A stretch of DNA of 64,000 bases. Origin: a virus. Lineage: Duplodnaviria > Heunggongvirae > Uroviricota > Caudoviricetes. Below are positions 21,005 to 29,568 of this stretch, one piece after another. A program made the position numbers and the translations under genes. Location: the IMG/VR virus record IMGVR_UViG_3300008262_000022, one strand, 5' to 3'. Position 1 is the stretch's first letter. Every line of letters begins with the position of its first letter. The notes under the pieces were generated by a model, which was given only the letters and a program-made list of their open reading frames with translations, made no database searches and was not told the origin of the DNA.

Positions 21005-21292
21005 ATGCAAGTAGGAAGTTTAGTTGAATGTATTAATGATTCATTTATACCAAAACAAATTGAATTAATACCTAATAGACCAAAACGAGGTAAAATATAC
21101 ACTATTAGACAAATAAAACAATATCCAAATAAATCAGTTGGTTTGTTATTAGAAGAAATAATAAATGAGCCTTTAATGTTACCTAATTTAGACGGATTAT
21201 TTGAACCTACATTTAATATTGAGAGATTCAGAGAATTACCTGAAGCTAATATAGAAGAATTAATTGAAGAATTAGAGTTAACTAATGACTAG
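21005..21292 (+). CDS. hypothetical protein
   Basis: ORF track. Confidence 0.45.
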   Translation: MQVGSLVECINDSFIPKQIELIPNRPKRGKIYTIRQIKQYPNKSVGLLLEEIINEPLMLPNLDGLFEPTFNIERFRELPEANIEELIEELELTND

Positions 21293-21953
21293 AATAGTTT
21301 TCATAAGCGATACACATAACCACCATAATGAAATTAAATTACCCGAAGGTGATATATTAGTTCATGCAGGGGACTTCAGTGGTAGAGGACTACCTGAAGA
21401 AGTGGGTCCATTTTTTGATTGGTTAGAAGAACAAGCTCAGGTATTCAAACATGTTATCTTTATAGCAGGTAATCATGATATGTCGTTTGAGTACAAACAT
21501 CCATGGATTGTAAATTGGTTAAGTAAATTACCAACTAATATTCATTACTTGGAAGATAGTGAGGCAATTATTGATAGTATAAAATTTTATGGTTCACCAT
21601 GGCAACCTGAATTTCATAATTGGGGATTTAACTTACCTAGAGGTAAAGCATTGGCTAAAAAATGGGAAATGATACCTATAGATACTGATGTATTAATTAC
21701 TCATACTCCTCCTCAAAACATATTAGACTATACAATTAGGGATATGATTAATGTGGGATGTGCTGATCTATATTTAAAAGTAAATCAAATTAAACCAAAA
21801 ATCCATGTATTTGGTCATATTCATGAAGGATACGGATATAAGGATATAAATGATACTCTATATCTCAATGCTAGTACGTGTAATTTAAGATACCAACCTG
21901 TTAATTCTCCAATAGTTGTTGATTTTTCTAAAGAAAATGTAGAATTTGTGTAG
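21285..21953 (+). CDS. metallophosphoesterase (calcineurin-like)
   Basis: ISDTHNHH, GDFSGRG, GNHD motifs. Confidence 0.7.
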   Translation: MTRIVFISDTHNHHNEIKLPEGDILVHAGDFSGRGLPEEVGPFFDWLEEQAQVFKHVIFIAGNHDMSFEYKHPWIVNWLSKLPTNIHYLEDSEAIIDSIKFYGSPWQPEFHNWGFNLPRGKALAKKWEMIPIDTDVLITHTPPQNILDYTIRDMINVGCADLYLKVNQIKPKIHVFGHIHEGYGYKDINDTLYLNASTCNLRYQPVNSPIVVDFSKENVEFV

Positions 21954-22026
21954 GGGCCTTAACAACCATTATATTTATCGGTAATCAAGTTTATGTGCGA
22001 TTAAAAACAAATATAACATATAAACT

Positions 22027-22308
22027 ATGATTAAATTTATCAAACAGTTATTCGATGACAATAATACCATCAATGAAAAGGCAGTTGTTGGTTTTATTGC
22101 TTTTTTTATGCTTGTAATAGCATTATGTGTAGATTTAATAACTGGCTACTTAGGCTCTCCATTAGTGTTAAATGAATTTATATTTGATGGATTTATGGTT
22201 ATAGTGTTAGGGGCATTTGGTATAGCATCAATTGATAAATGGTTAAATAAAAAGAATAAAAATAATGGCGAAGAAAACAACATCAACAATAACGAAGGAG
22301 GCGAGTAA
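22027..22308 (+). CDS. membrane protein
   Basis: two hydrophobic segments. Confidence 0.4.
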   Translation: MIKFIKQLFDDNNTINEKAVVGFIAFFMLVIALCVDLITGYLGSPLVLNEFIFDGFMVIVLGAFGIASIDKWLNKKNKNNGEENNINNNEGGE

Positions 22309-22309
22309 C

Positions 22310-22567
22310 ATGGTTAAAATGCCTATCTCATTTGAACAGTTTTCAAAAGATCCAGTTAAAGGATTATTATTTATAGTGTTAATTGCTATTGGTTATTTAT
22401 ATATTGATGGTAAAATGAATTACCAATCACAAATAACCAAACATGAAGAAAAAATTGTAGTATTAGAAAATAAAATAGATTTATTATCCACTGCTCTTAA
22501 GCGTAGTGATAGCGCTTTAGCTGTTACTGTGACTAAATTAGAGATCCTAACCCAAATGAAAAAATAA
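22310..22567 (+). CDS. membrane protein
   Basis: ATG directly after the preceding stop; TM segment LLFIVLIAIGYLYI. Confidence 0.4.
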   Translation: MVKMPISFEQFSKDPVKGLLFIVLIAIGYLYIDGKMNYQSQITKHEEKIVVLENKIDLLSTALKRSDSALAVTVTKLEILTQMKK

Positions 22568-22902
22568 TGAAGACAGTACTAGTATCAATTGTATTAGCAT
22601 TATTAGTCGTAACGACCTCTATTCCTAAAAAACCAAAAAAAGAAGAAATTGATGTGGATGTTATTTTATCTAAATGTGATAAAAATTTATCTAAAGCATC
22701 TACAGTTGCTAAAGTAGCAGATCAGCAACAAAAAGAAAAAATGAGTGAACTGCATCAGACTGTTCAAAAATTAGAAAAAGAGAAAAAACAACTAGAAACA
22801 GTATTAACAGAAACTAAATATGAATTACAAGTTGTTAAAGACATTGTTAATAACAATGTTGTTGATACTGGTGAGCAATATAATTTACTCCCAGAGAATT
22901 AG
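22567..22902 (+). CDS. membrane/coiled-coil protein
   Basis: N-terminal TM, then KEKMSELHQTVQKLEKEKKQLE. Confidence 0.4.
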   Translation: MKTVLVSIVLALLVVTTSIPKKPKKEEIDVDVILSKCDKNLSKASTVAKVADQQQKEKMSELHQTVQKLEKEKKQLETVLTETKYELQVVKDIVNNNVVDTGEQYNLLPEN

Positions 22903-23146
22903 GGTTATAGGTAAAGATACTTTTGTAACACTAACTGTACCTCAAGCTAAAGCGGTTAATGATACATTTATATCTCAAAGAAAAACTATTAGTGAATTAA
23001 AAAATCAAAACGAATACTATAAAGATAGTCTACAACGATTTCAATCCAAACCCCATTCAGTTGATAATAGTGTAGGTTGGGAGGGTTGGTTATTTATAAC
23101 AATAGAAGGAATTATTTTTATTGCTCTTTCAATGTATTATAAATAA
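22820..23146 (+). CDS. membrane protein (overlaps the previous gene in the +1 frame)
   Basis: ORF track; 83-nt out-of-frame overlap; C-terminal TM. Confidence 0.3.
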   Translation: MNYKLLKTLLITMLLILVSNIIYSQRIRVIGKDTFVTLTVPQAKAVNDTFISQRKTISELKNQNEYYKDSLQRFQSKPHSVDNSVGWEGWLFITIEGIIFIALSMYYK

Positions 23147-23168
23147 GCTTCTTCGGAAGCTTTTATTT
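23145..23168 (+). terminator. rho-independent terminator
   Basis: AGCTTC-TTCG-GAAGCT then TTTATTT. Confidence 0.55.
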
Positions 23169-23210
23169 GCCTGTCAAAATAATTTTCATATATTTACAGA
23201 AATAAAAGTT

Positions 23211-23411
23211 ATGAAATATTTTGAAATATTTGGTCTAGGAGAATTTACAGGCCATGATCTAAAAAAAGCAAGTGAGATTTTAAAGAAAGAATTCCCAAAC
23301 GGCCCACGTATTCAACATACAGAAAGGTTACCGGGTAAATTTTCATTTAATGAAATTGCTAATCACATTCGTAATTCACATCAAGAAGTAAGTAAATCGC
23401 TACATGCATGA
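23211..23411 (+). CDS. hypothetical protein
   Basis: ATG after terminator and AAAGTTATG context; the track ORF begins at 23121. Confidence 0.4.
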   Translation: MKYFEIFGLGEFTGHDLKKASEILKKEFPNGPRIQHTERLPGKFSFNEIANHIRNSHQEVSKSLHA

Positions 23412-23869
23412 AAGTATTATTCTTAGATAATGATGGTGTAATCTGTTTATCTCATAATTGGGGTACACGTCATAAAAAGTTACAAAAATGGATGGCTAAA
23501 AATGGTAAGAAAGCATCTTACGATATGGACCATCGTTTTGATAACTTTGACACTAAAGCCATCCAAGTGCTTAATGAAATATTAACCGAAACCGGTGCGG
23601 ATTATGTTATTAGTTCGGATTGGAAACTACATGCCACACTTGAAGAGTTACAAGGATATTATTTACTTAAAGGTGTTATTAAAGCTCCTATAGCATTAAC
23701 TCCCAACCTAAAAGACTTTGATAAAGATGCGGCTGCGATGTATAGGCACAGATGGGAATTTGAACGTATGCGCTGTTTGGAAATCAAAGAATGGCTAAGA
23801 CAAAACCCAGATGTTACTCATTGGGTAGCAGTAGATGATTTGAATATGTCTAACGGTAGCAGTAGATGA
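23408..23869 (+). pseudogene. HAD-like hydrolase gene disrupted by a 31-bp tandem duplication
   Basis: FLDNDGVI (DxDG) HAD-like N-terminus; the duplication at 23825-23886 is not a multiple of three and gives a stop at 23869; removing one copy extends the frame to a TGA that overlaps the ATG at 23987. Confidence 0.5.
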
Positions 23870-23886
23870 TTTGAATATGTCTAACG
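23825..23886 (+). repeat. perfect 31-bp tandem duplication (GTAGCAGTAGATGATTTGAATATGTCTAACG x2)
   Basis: two identical adjacent copies, 23825-23855 and 23856-23886. Confidence 0.9.
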
Positions 23887-23986
23887 AGCATCTACATCCA
23901 GGATTAGATAATTTTGTATTAACTCCTCGTTCGAACGAAGGAATAAAACAAACAGGTATTAAAGAAAAAATATTAAAACATTTATT

Positions 23987-24307
23987 ATGAGAAAACAACT
24001 TTTCATTTTTATCACTCTTCTTATTGTAGCTATAGGTTGGGCTGCTATCGTCATCAATTATAAACCTGCCCCAACCAAATCTGAACAACCTAAAGAAGTT
24101 GTTGAACAGCATACAGATGAACCAAGACGATGGAAGTCATCAGAAACCGGATTGCCTATGGGTATAGTGTTAGAGGGAGCGTATATTGAAGGTTTACCAT
24201 CATCAAATTGGTTATCAATAAAAACTATAGATGGTACTACTACAATTGTAAAGAATATAGACTGGCAGTTACACGATGCTATAAATAATGGAGATATTAT
24301 AGAATAA
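23987..24307 (+). CDS. membrane protein
   Basis: N-terminal TM LFIFITLLIVAIGWAAIVI. Confidence 0.45.
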   Translation: MRKQLFIFITLLIVAIGWAAIVINYKPAPTKSEQPKEVVEQHTDEPRRWKSSETGLPMGIVLEGAYIEGLPSSNWLSIKTIDGTTTIVKNIDWQLHDAINNGDIIE

Positions 24308-24735
24308 TGAAACCACAACGAATAAGAGCACAAGTACAAATTAATCGCGATGAGTGGCTCGAGCATAAACTTCCACCTAACGAGATTGAAGTCATACTTA
24401 AACATCAATTGATAGAAAAATTATCTAAAGAATTAATTGACCAAATTGATATTACTAAAGAATCAAATGGTTGGGTAGGTGAGGAATGGAGAGTAGATAT
24501 CACAGTAATGTCAACTTATGAGTATAGAAAGTTGATAGATGAGTTAATTAGATTACAAGGAGGTGTTACTGAGACATCTGGTTACCATTGTTCAACTTGC
24601 GGTAAGTATAATCGTACTTCAGTTATATGTAACCATAATAATGATTTTAATAAGTTGATAAATAAATTATCAAGCCAAAACTTACCACCTGAATATGGTC
24701 AAATGATAACTGATAACTTTAATGATTTGGTATGA
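24307..24735 (+). CDS. zinc-ribbon protein (paralog of 28031..28252 C-terminus)
   Basis: CSTCGKYNRTSVICNHNNDFNKLINK. Confidence 0.45.
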   Translation: MKPQRIRAQVQINRDEWLEHKLPPNEIEVILKHQLIEKLSKELIDQIDITKESNGWVGEEWRVDITVMSTYEYRKLIDELIRLQGGVTETSGYHCSTCGKYNRTSVICNHNNDFNKLINKLSSQNLPPEYGQMITDNFNDLV

Positions 24736-25205
24736 GTAAAGAGTATACAATGGGAGAATTAGTGGGTGAAATAATATTGTTAAAATATTTACCTACACTT
24801 GAAACAGATTTAATTCAAACCAATAAACGAGTTAAAATAACTGATCCAAATGATTTAAAAGAAAATCAACGTTTAGATGAAATAATGGATTCTAAAATGG
24901 GGTATGCTTATATGGAGAAGGAGTATTCAGAGGCACATGGGTTATGGTTAGCACATACTAAATTTTTAGCTAAAAAATACCTACCAGAAAAACTTGAATG
25001 TAGAGTAACTCAGTTTGAAATTGATGATATAGAATCATTTAAAGAAGGTATAAACGATTATTTATGGAATTGTGATGTGAGTTGGTATGTAGCGGAAGAT
25101 GATTTCTTAGATCGTAATTCAGATGATGAATTGTCTGCAATAGATGAATTTGATAACGAAAACGAACTCCGTGAATACTTACAACAGTTTTTTGAGCGTA
25201 CTTAA
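24732..25205 (+). CDS. acidic hypothetical protein
   Basis: ORF track. Confidence 0.45.
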   Translation: MSKEYTMGELVGEIILLKYLPTLETDLIQTNKRVKITDPNDLKENQRLDEIMDSKMGYAYMEKEYSEAHGLWLAHTKFLAKKYLPEKLECRVTQFEIDDIESFKEGINDYLWNCDVSWYVAEDDFLDRNSDDELSAIDEFDNENELREYLQQFFERT

Positions 25206-25210
25206 AATTG

Positions 25211-25245
25211 CGCCCAACGTTTTGTGGCTTTGCTTAGTGCGGGAT
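25211..25245 (+). repeat. intergenic AACGTTTTG-family motif R1
   Basis: GCGCCCAACGTTTTGTGGCTTTGC. Confidence 0.5.
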
Positions 25246-25278
25246 TGATAAGATAAATTTACTTTAAAACCGAAAATT

Positions 25279-25512
25279 ATGAATACAGAAAAAACAAACT
25301 TAGAAAACGAGAAACCTGCATTGAGCAAAGGTGCTGTTAGCGGTAGTTTACGTGCGGATGCTTTGGAGTGGTTCTTTGCGAAAAGTGAAATTGAAAAAGA
25401 AGAACTAAAAGATAAACACTTTGCACATGAATATATTGCACATGATAGCCATTGGGGATTTCATTTCACTTTTGGTCAAATAGAGAAAATGTATGTTAGT
25501 GAGCTTGGGTAA
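25279..25512 (+). CDS. hypothetical protein
   Basis: ORF track. Confidence 0.4.
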   Translation: MNTEKTNLENEKPALSKGAVSGSLRADALEWFFAKSEIEKEELKDKHFAHEYIAHDSHWGFHFTFGQIEKMYVSELG

Positions 25513-25516
25513 ATTA

Positions 25517-25592
25517 CCGCTAACGTTTTGCAGATTGCCGAAGGTGGGGCGTTGTACCACTAAACTTTAATTGAAATACAAAACTTGATAAT
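25517..25592 (+). repeat. intergenic motif R2 (TAACGTTTTG .. CCACTAAA .. TTGAAA .. AACTTGATAATATG)
   Basis: shares its core and leader with R6. Confidence 0.5.
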
Positions 25593-25991
25593 ATGGAAAA
25601 TGTTGATTTGAAAGACGAAACCCCCACTTTTGGCAATGTGCTGTTACCTGCTGTTAAATTGTGCGTAGGGCAGAAACTTTGGCTTGTTCGTTCACATCAT
25701 TACAGAAACGATGATAGAACTCCAAAAGAAGTTACAATAAGTAAGGTAGGTAAAAAATATTTTGAACTTGAAGATTATCCAAGAGCAAAATTTGAAATTG
25801 AAACATTAAAGCAAGTAACAGAAACTAACTACATTGATAGATGCCATTTAACATTACAAGAGATACTTGATGAAAGGGAATTTGATAAACTTGTAGGAGA
25901 AATTAAAAATATTTTTGGTGGATATGGAAAGCCAAAGTTGACATTAGAACAACTGCGTAAGATTAGGGATGTGGTGGGTGGCAAAATTTAA
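25593..25991 (+). CDS. hypothetical protein (MENxDLK family)
   Basis: N-terminus MENVDLKDETP paralogous to 27704 and 26068. Confidence 0.45.
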   Translation: MENVDLKDETPTFGNVLLPAVKLCVGQKLWLVRSHHYRNDDRTPKEVTISKVGKKYFELEDYPRAKFEIETLKQVTETNYIDRCHLTLQEILDEREFDKLVGEIKNIFGGYGKPKLTLEQLRKIRDVVGGKI

Positions 25992-25994
25992 TTG

Positions 25995-26036
25995 CAGGTA
26001 ACGGTAAGGTGGTTGGCGTTCGTTGCCGACCTTGGA
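25995..26036 (+). repeat. intergenic motif R3
   Basis: GGTAACGGTAAGGTGGTTGGCGTTCGTTGCCGACC. Confidence 0.4.
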
Positions 26037-26067
26037 AACAAAACATTAACTTAAAAATAAATTTGAT

Positions 26068-26322
26068 ATGGAAAACAACACTTCAATAAACCACGAAAAC
26101 GGCAATGACGCTAACCGCTTGTTAGCACCCGTTTTTGATTCTTTCCCTTTGTTCTACTGTCAACACAAGGATGAACAATGGGTTTGTAAGCATTACAAGG
26201 TTGTAGATAATGATTTTTACAGCATTGAAACTAAATGTAGATTTCTTGGAATTGATAATGAAACTTGCAATAGTAAACCTTGTAATGCTGATGCGTGTCG
26301 TCAGTTTTTAAATGGGTGCTAA
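26068..26322 (+). CDS. cysteine-rich small protein
   Basis: 10 Cys in 84 aa; MENN N-terminus. Confidence 0.45.
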   Translation: MENNTSINHENGNDANRLLAPVFDSFPLFYCQHKDEQWVCKHYKVVDNDFYSIETKCRFLGIDNETCNSKPCNADACRQFLNGC

Positions 26323-26360
26323 CGTTCCCACGCCTTGCGCTGTTGCTGATTGCGTGAGGT
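26321..26360 (+). repeat. intergenic motif R4
   Basis: TAACGTTCCCACGCCTTGCGCTGTTGC. Confidence 0.4.
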
Positions 26361-26863
26361 AAATTTGTCAACCAAAAATAAAATAATATATGCGTAGTAA
26401 AAACATAAAATTAAGTAGTTACCGGCAATGGCGCAAGACGTGTGTTACCACCTGTTGTTCTTCTTGCGTTTATTTGTCTGCAAGTAAAATGTGTTTTATA
26501 ATAAATTCATAAACAGCCATGATAAATAATATAATAGCAGTCACCCAAGTAACTTTTTCAAGCCACGATGTTTTGGCTGGTTTGGTTTCCTTAGTCGGAT
26601 TATTTGTTTGTATTGTTGGGTTTTCTCGTGCATTGTCAGACCGAGATTGATTAACATTATTACAGTCACTGTTGTCATGTTGTCTACAATAGGTGGTAAC
26701 GTGATGCGGCTTGTAGCTGAAAGGGATTTAGAAGCACAATGTTTCAACCTTGCACTACTGCCGATTAGAACCACAAATGATGAATGTAGCACATCAGCCC
26801 TTTTTGCCACAAACCGCTGTTATGTGCTGGGCGGATTATCAGCACTGAATAAAATTTGAAACG

Positions 26864-27106
26864 ATGTTACAAAAGAAAAAAAGAAGGCTCAAAACCATAG
26901 AAAGCAAAATAGAGAAATTAAAAACAGATTTTCCATTAGTTGATTTTAAGAATATGGAAATTAAAAGAGCCTATGAAAAATACCACGAATTGACAAAAGA
27001 ATTGATTTACTTAACTGTTGATGTGAAATTTTGTCAAACCGAAAATAGAAATGAAATGTGTAGTGATTGTAATTGTTGGAAGGCTGTCGCTAATCGATGC
27101 AGTTAG
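26864..27106 (+). CDS. small protein with C-terminal Cys cluster
   Basis: CSDCNCWKAVANRCS. Confidence 0.4.
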   Translation: MLQKKKRRLKTIESKIEKLKTDFPLVDFKNMEIKRAYEKYHELTKELIYLTVDVKFCQTENRNEMCSDCNCWKAVANRCS

Positions 27107-27155
27107 CATTGCACATAACGTTTTGCAGCTAACCGAAGTTGGCGATTACGAAGGA
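27107..27155 (+). repeat. intergenic motif R5
   Basis: GCACATAACGTTTTGCAGCTAACCGAAGTTGGCG. Confidence 0.5.
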
Positions 27156-27273
27156 CAAATTTTCAAACTTAAACAAATGTATAATCGAAGCATAAACGCC
27201 CATATAACCACTAAACCGCCAATTTTGGTTAGGTGCTGTTATGTGCCGTTTTTCTTCACAAATCTTAATTAAA

Positions 27274-27621
27274 ATGATAACAGAAAACGAATACCTTAAA
27301 GCAAAGGAAATTATTGCTCAATACGAAAAGGAGCAATCAGAAATGAAAGAACTACTTGCAAAAGAAACGCTAATAATTAGAATTGGTGGATGTTTACACG
27401 AAAACGGCAGGATAAGTTTAATACCATATCCAAAAGACCGTAGATTAAAGATTAGAAAGCAAGGTGAAAGATTTTACACTATTACTGACCTTAAAAAGTA
27501 TTATGGTATTAAAAAAACTACCAAAACAGGAGAAAAGGAATGGGCAATAAGTCCGAGAGGAAAAAGGTATGAGTGGGATATTCTTGAAGCAGAAATTTCT
27601 ATGGAGTATGTCGCTCTTTAA
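27274..27621 (+). CDS. hypothetical protein
   Basis: ATG at 27274 after motif R5; the track ORF from 27241 includes non-coding leader. Confidence 0.45.
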   Translation: MITENEYLKAKEIIAQYEKEQSEMKELLAKETLIIRIGGCLHENGRISLIPYPKDRRLKIRKQGERFYTITDLKKYYGIKKTTKTGEKEWAISPRGKRYEWDILEAEISMEYVAL

Positions 27622-27623
27622 AA

Positions 27624-27703
27624 TGGCACATAACGTTTTCGGGCTTTGCGTTCGTTGGGGATTTCCAGCACTAAAGCTTATTTGAAAAACTAAACTTAAT
27701 TAT
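27624..27703 (+). repeat. intergenic motif R6
   Basis: GCACATAACGTTTTCGGGCTTTGCGTTCGTTGGGG..CACTAAAGCTTATTTGAAAAACTAAACTTAATTATATG. Confidence 0.5.
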
Positions 27704-27868
27704 ATGACAGAACTTGATTTGAAAACGAAAGCCCCCAATGACGCAAAACCAGTGTTGGGCGCAGTTTTTTCTCCTTGGGATTATGCCGAAGAAGCATTTT
27801 CTGAAACACTTAATTATATGTCAGATGATGAATGGGATAATATAATAACACTAACAAGAACAATATGA
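27704..27868 (+). CDS. small protein (MTELDLK; paralogous N-terminus)
   Basis: 54 aa, below the track cutoff; nt-level similarity of the first 30 nt to the 25593 gene. Confidence 0.4.
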   Translation: MTELDLKTKAPNDAKPVLGAVFSPWDYAEEAFSETLNYMSDDEWDNIITLTRTI

Positions 27869-28043
27869 TAAACACAGAACCAACAATAATAACAATAACA
27901 TCACACGGTAAAAAATTCACAGCAGAATTACCATGGGATGTATCAATGCCTGAACTTGCTGATGCAATAAGAGGCTTAGTAAAAGCATCTGGATACCCAG
28001 ATGAATTAGTTAACGAATATATTAAGACGGATGGCGACGCTTG
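27865..28043 (+). CDS. small hypothetical protein
   Basis: 59 aa; ATGA overlap with the previous stop. Confidence 0.35.
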
Positions 28044-28252
28044 AAACACAATATAAAGACTACTTAATTGAACATCCCAACTCAACATTTAGTTTTGAGG
28101 AATGGAAGGAACATGTATTAGGTAGAAAGTTAGATACAGTACTTAATATCAAATTAGGTGGAGGATACGATTGTCCACAATGTGGTAAATATAATCGTAC
28201 ATCGGTTATTTGTAACCATGATAATGATTTCGATAAATTTATTAATAAATGA
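28031..28252 (+). CDS. zinc-ribbon protein (paralog of 24307..24735 C-terminus)
   Basis: CPQCGKYNRTSVICNHDNDFDKFINK. Confidence 0.45.
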   Translation: MATLETQYKDYLIEHPNSTFSFEEWKEHVLGRKLDTVLNIKLGGGYDCPQCGKYNRTSVICNHDNDFDKFINK

Positions 28253-28530
28253 AAACAATTAGAATAGGTTTACAAACCCAAGTTAATGTGGAAGTATCTC
28301 AAATTCCTCTTAGTTTAGAGGAAATTGTAGAGATGGCTGATAATCCACCAATTCCTAATTACCAACAACAAGCTAATGATTTCATTGATACTTTGGATGG
28401 TTATCACAATGTTGCTTTTTTGGAAGCACTACATATAGTAGCAGCTAAACGAATAGTTGAACATTGGAGAAAATTCTCTCCGAAACGATTAGAGGAAGAA
28501 CGATATAAACAATATTTGAAATATGAATAA
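28249..28530 (+). CDS. hypothetical protein
   Basis: ORF track. Confidence 0.45.
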   Translation: MKTIRIGLQTQVNVEVSQIPLSLEEIVEMADNPPIPNYQQQANDFIDTLDGYHNVAFLEALHIVAAKRIVEHWRKFSPKRLEEERYKQYLKYE

Positions 28531-29524
28531 ATTAGACTTAGCTTACCAAGCACTCCTACAAGACATACTTGATAATGGAGTTGAAAAGAAAGATAGAACT
28601 ACAACTGGTACAATATCAGTATTCGGTAGACAAATCCGTCATAAAATGAGTGAGGGGTTTCCATTACTCACAACAAAGAAAATGTACTTTAAAGGTATAG
28701 TAACTGAACTACTTTGGTTTTTAAGAGGTGATACTAATATCAAGTATTTAGTTGATAATGATTGTCATATTTGGGTAGGAGATTCCTTTTCTAACTATGA
28801 GAAAAATGCCGTTGTAGGTGATGTGATTGATAGTCACTATGAGCCAGCAACAGATAAATGGCATTTGTACAACAAAGAAGAGTTTATCAATATGATCAAG
28901 AAGGATGAAAGATTTGCTAAAAAGTGGGGTGAATTAGGACCTATATATGGTAAGCAATGGAGAAGTTGGAGACGATATAGAAAATTACCAAAAGATGATT
29001 ACACTACAGATTACAGAGAAAATGAACCAATAGATCAAATCGCAAACCTAATCAACGACCTTAAAACAAACCCAGACTCAAGACGATTAATGGTTAATGC
29101 TTGGAATGTAGGTGAGTTACATGAAATGGTTCTTCCTCCTTGTCACTTCTCGTTCCAATGCTATTCACATGAAAAAGAAGGTAAACGTTATTTAAGTTTA
29201 GCTTGGAATCAAAGGTCCTGTGATGTGGGGCTCGGTATCCCTTTTAATATTGCTTCTTATGGTCTATTATTAGAGATTATAGCTAAAGAGGTGGGAATGA
29301 TTCCGTATGAGTTAATTGGTAATTTAGGAGATTGCCACATCTATAATAATCATATAGATGGTCTTAAAGAACAGTTAACAAGAGAACCATATCCACTACC
29401 TAAAATATGTCTAGATTATAGAGAAGGGGAATACAATAAAGACCTCACTGATTTAACTCCTGATGATTTTGTATTATTCGATTATCAATCTCACCCATCA
29501 ATAAAACTTCCTTTATCAAACTAG
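28523..29524 (+). CDS. thyA: thymidylate synthase family protein (ThyA-like; a pyrimidine hydroxymethylase cannot be excluded)
   Basis: RRLMVNAWNVGELHEMVLPPCH and QRSCDVGLGIPFNIASY motifs; about 60-aa insertion relative to canonical ThyA. Confidence 0.8.
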   Translation: MNKLDLAYQALLQDILDNGVEKKDRTTTGTISVFGRQIRHKMSEGFPLLTTKKMYFKGIVTELLWFLRGDTNIKYLVDNDCHIWVGDSFSNYEKNAVVGDVIDSHYEPATDKWHLYNKEEFINMIKKDERFAKKWGELGPIYGKQWRSWRRYRKLPKDDYTTDYRENEPIDQIANLINDLKTNPDSRRLMVNAWNVGELHEMVLPPCHFSFQCYSHEKEGKRYLSLAWNQRSCDVGLGIPFNIASYGLLLEIIAKEVGMIPYELIGNLGDCHIYNNHIDGLKEQLTREPYPLPKICLDYREGEYNKDLTDLTPDDFVLFDYQSHPSIKLPLSN

Positions 29525-29568
29525 TGTAAGAAACATAATGGCGCAATATTTATAATAAACACGCCATT

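Noticed and set aside
26541-26859. Overlapping ORFs 26541..26810 (-) and 26608..26859 (+)
   Set aside because: Mutually overlapping, no start context, within a repeat-rich stretch; not reported as genes, but the 26323-26863 region is left unexplained.
27051-27272. Track ORF 27051..27272
   Set aside because: It spans the stop of the preceding gene and the intergenic repeat R5; the real gene appears to start at ATG 27274 in the other frame.
25205-27703. Possible CRISPR array suggested by the repeated intergenic motifs
   Set aside because: The repeats are degenerate, irregularly spaced (300-500 bp) and separated by ORFs rather than short uniform spacers; not CRISPR architecture.
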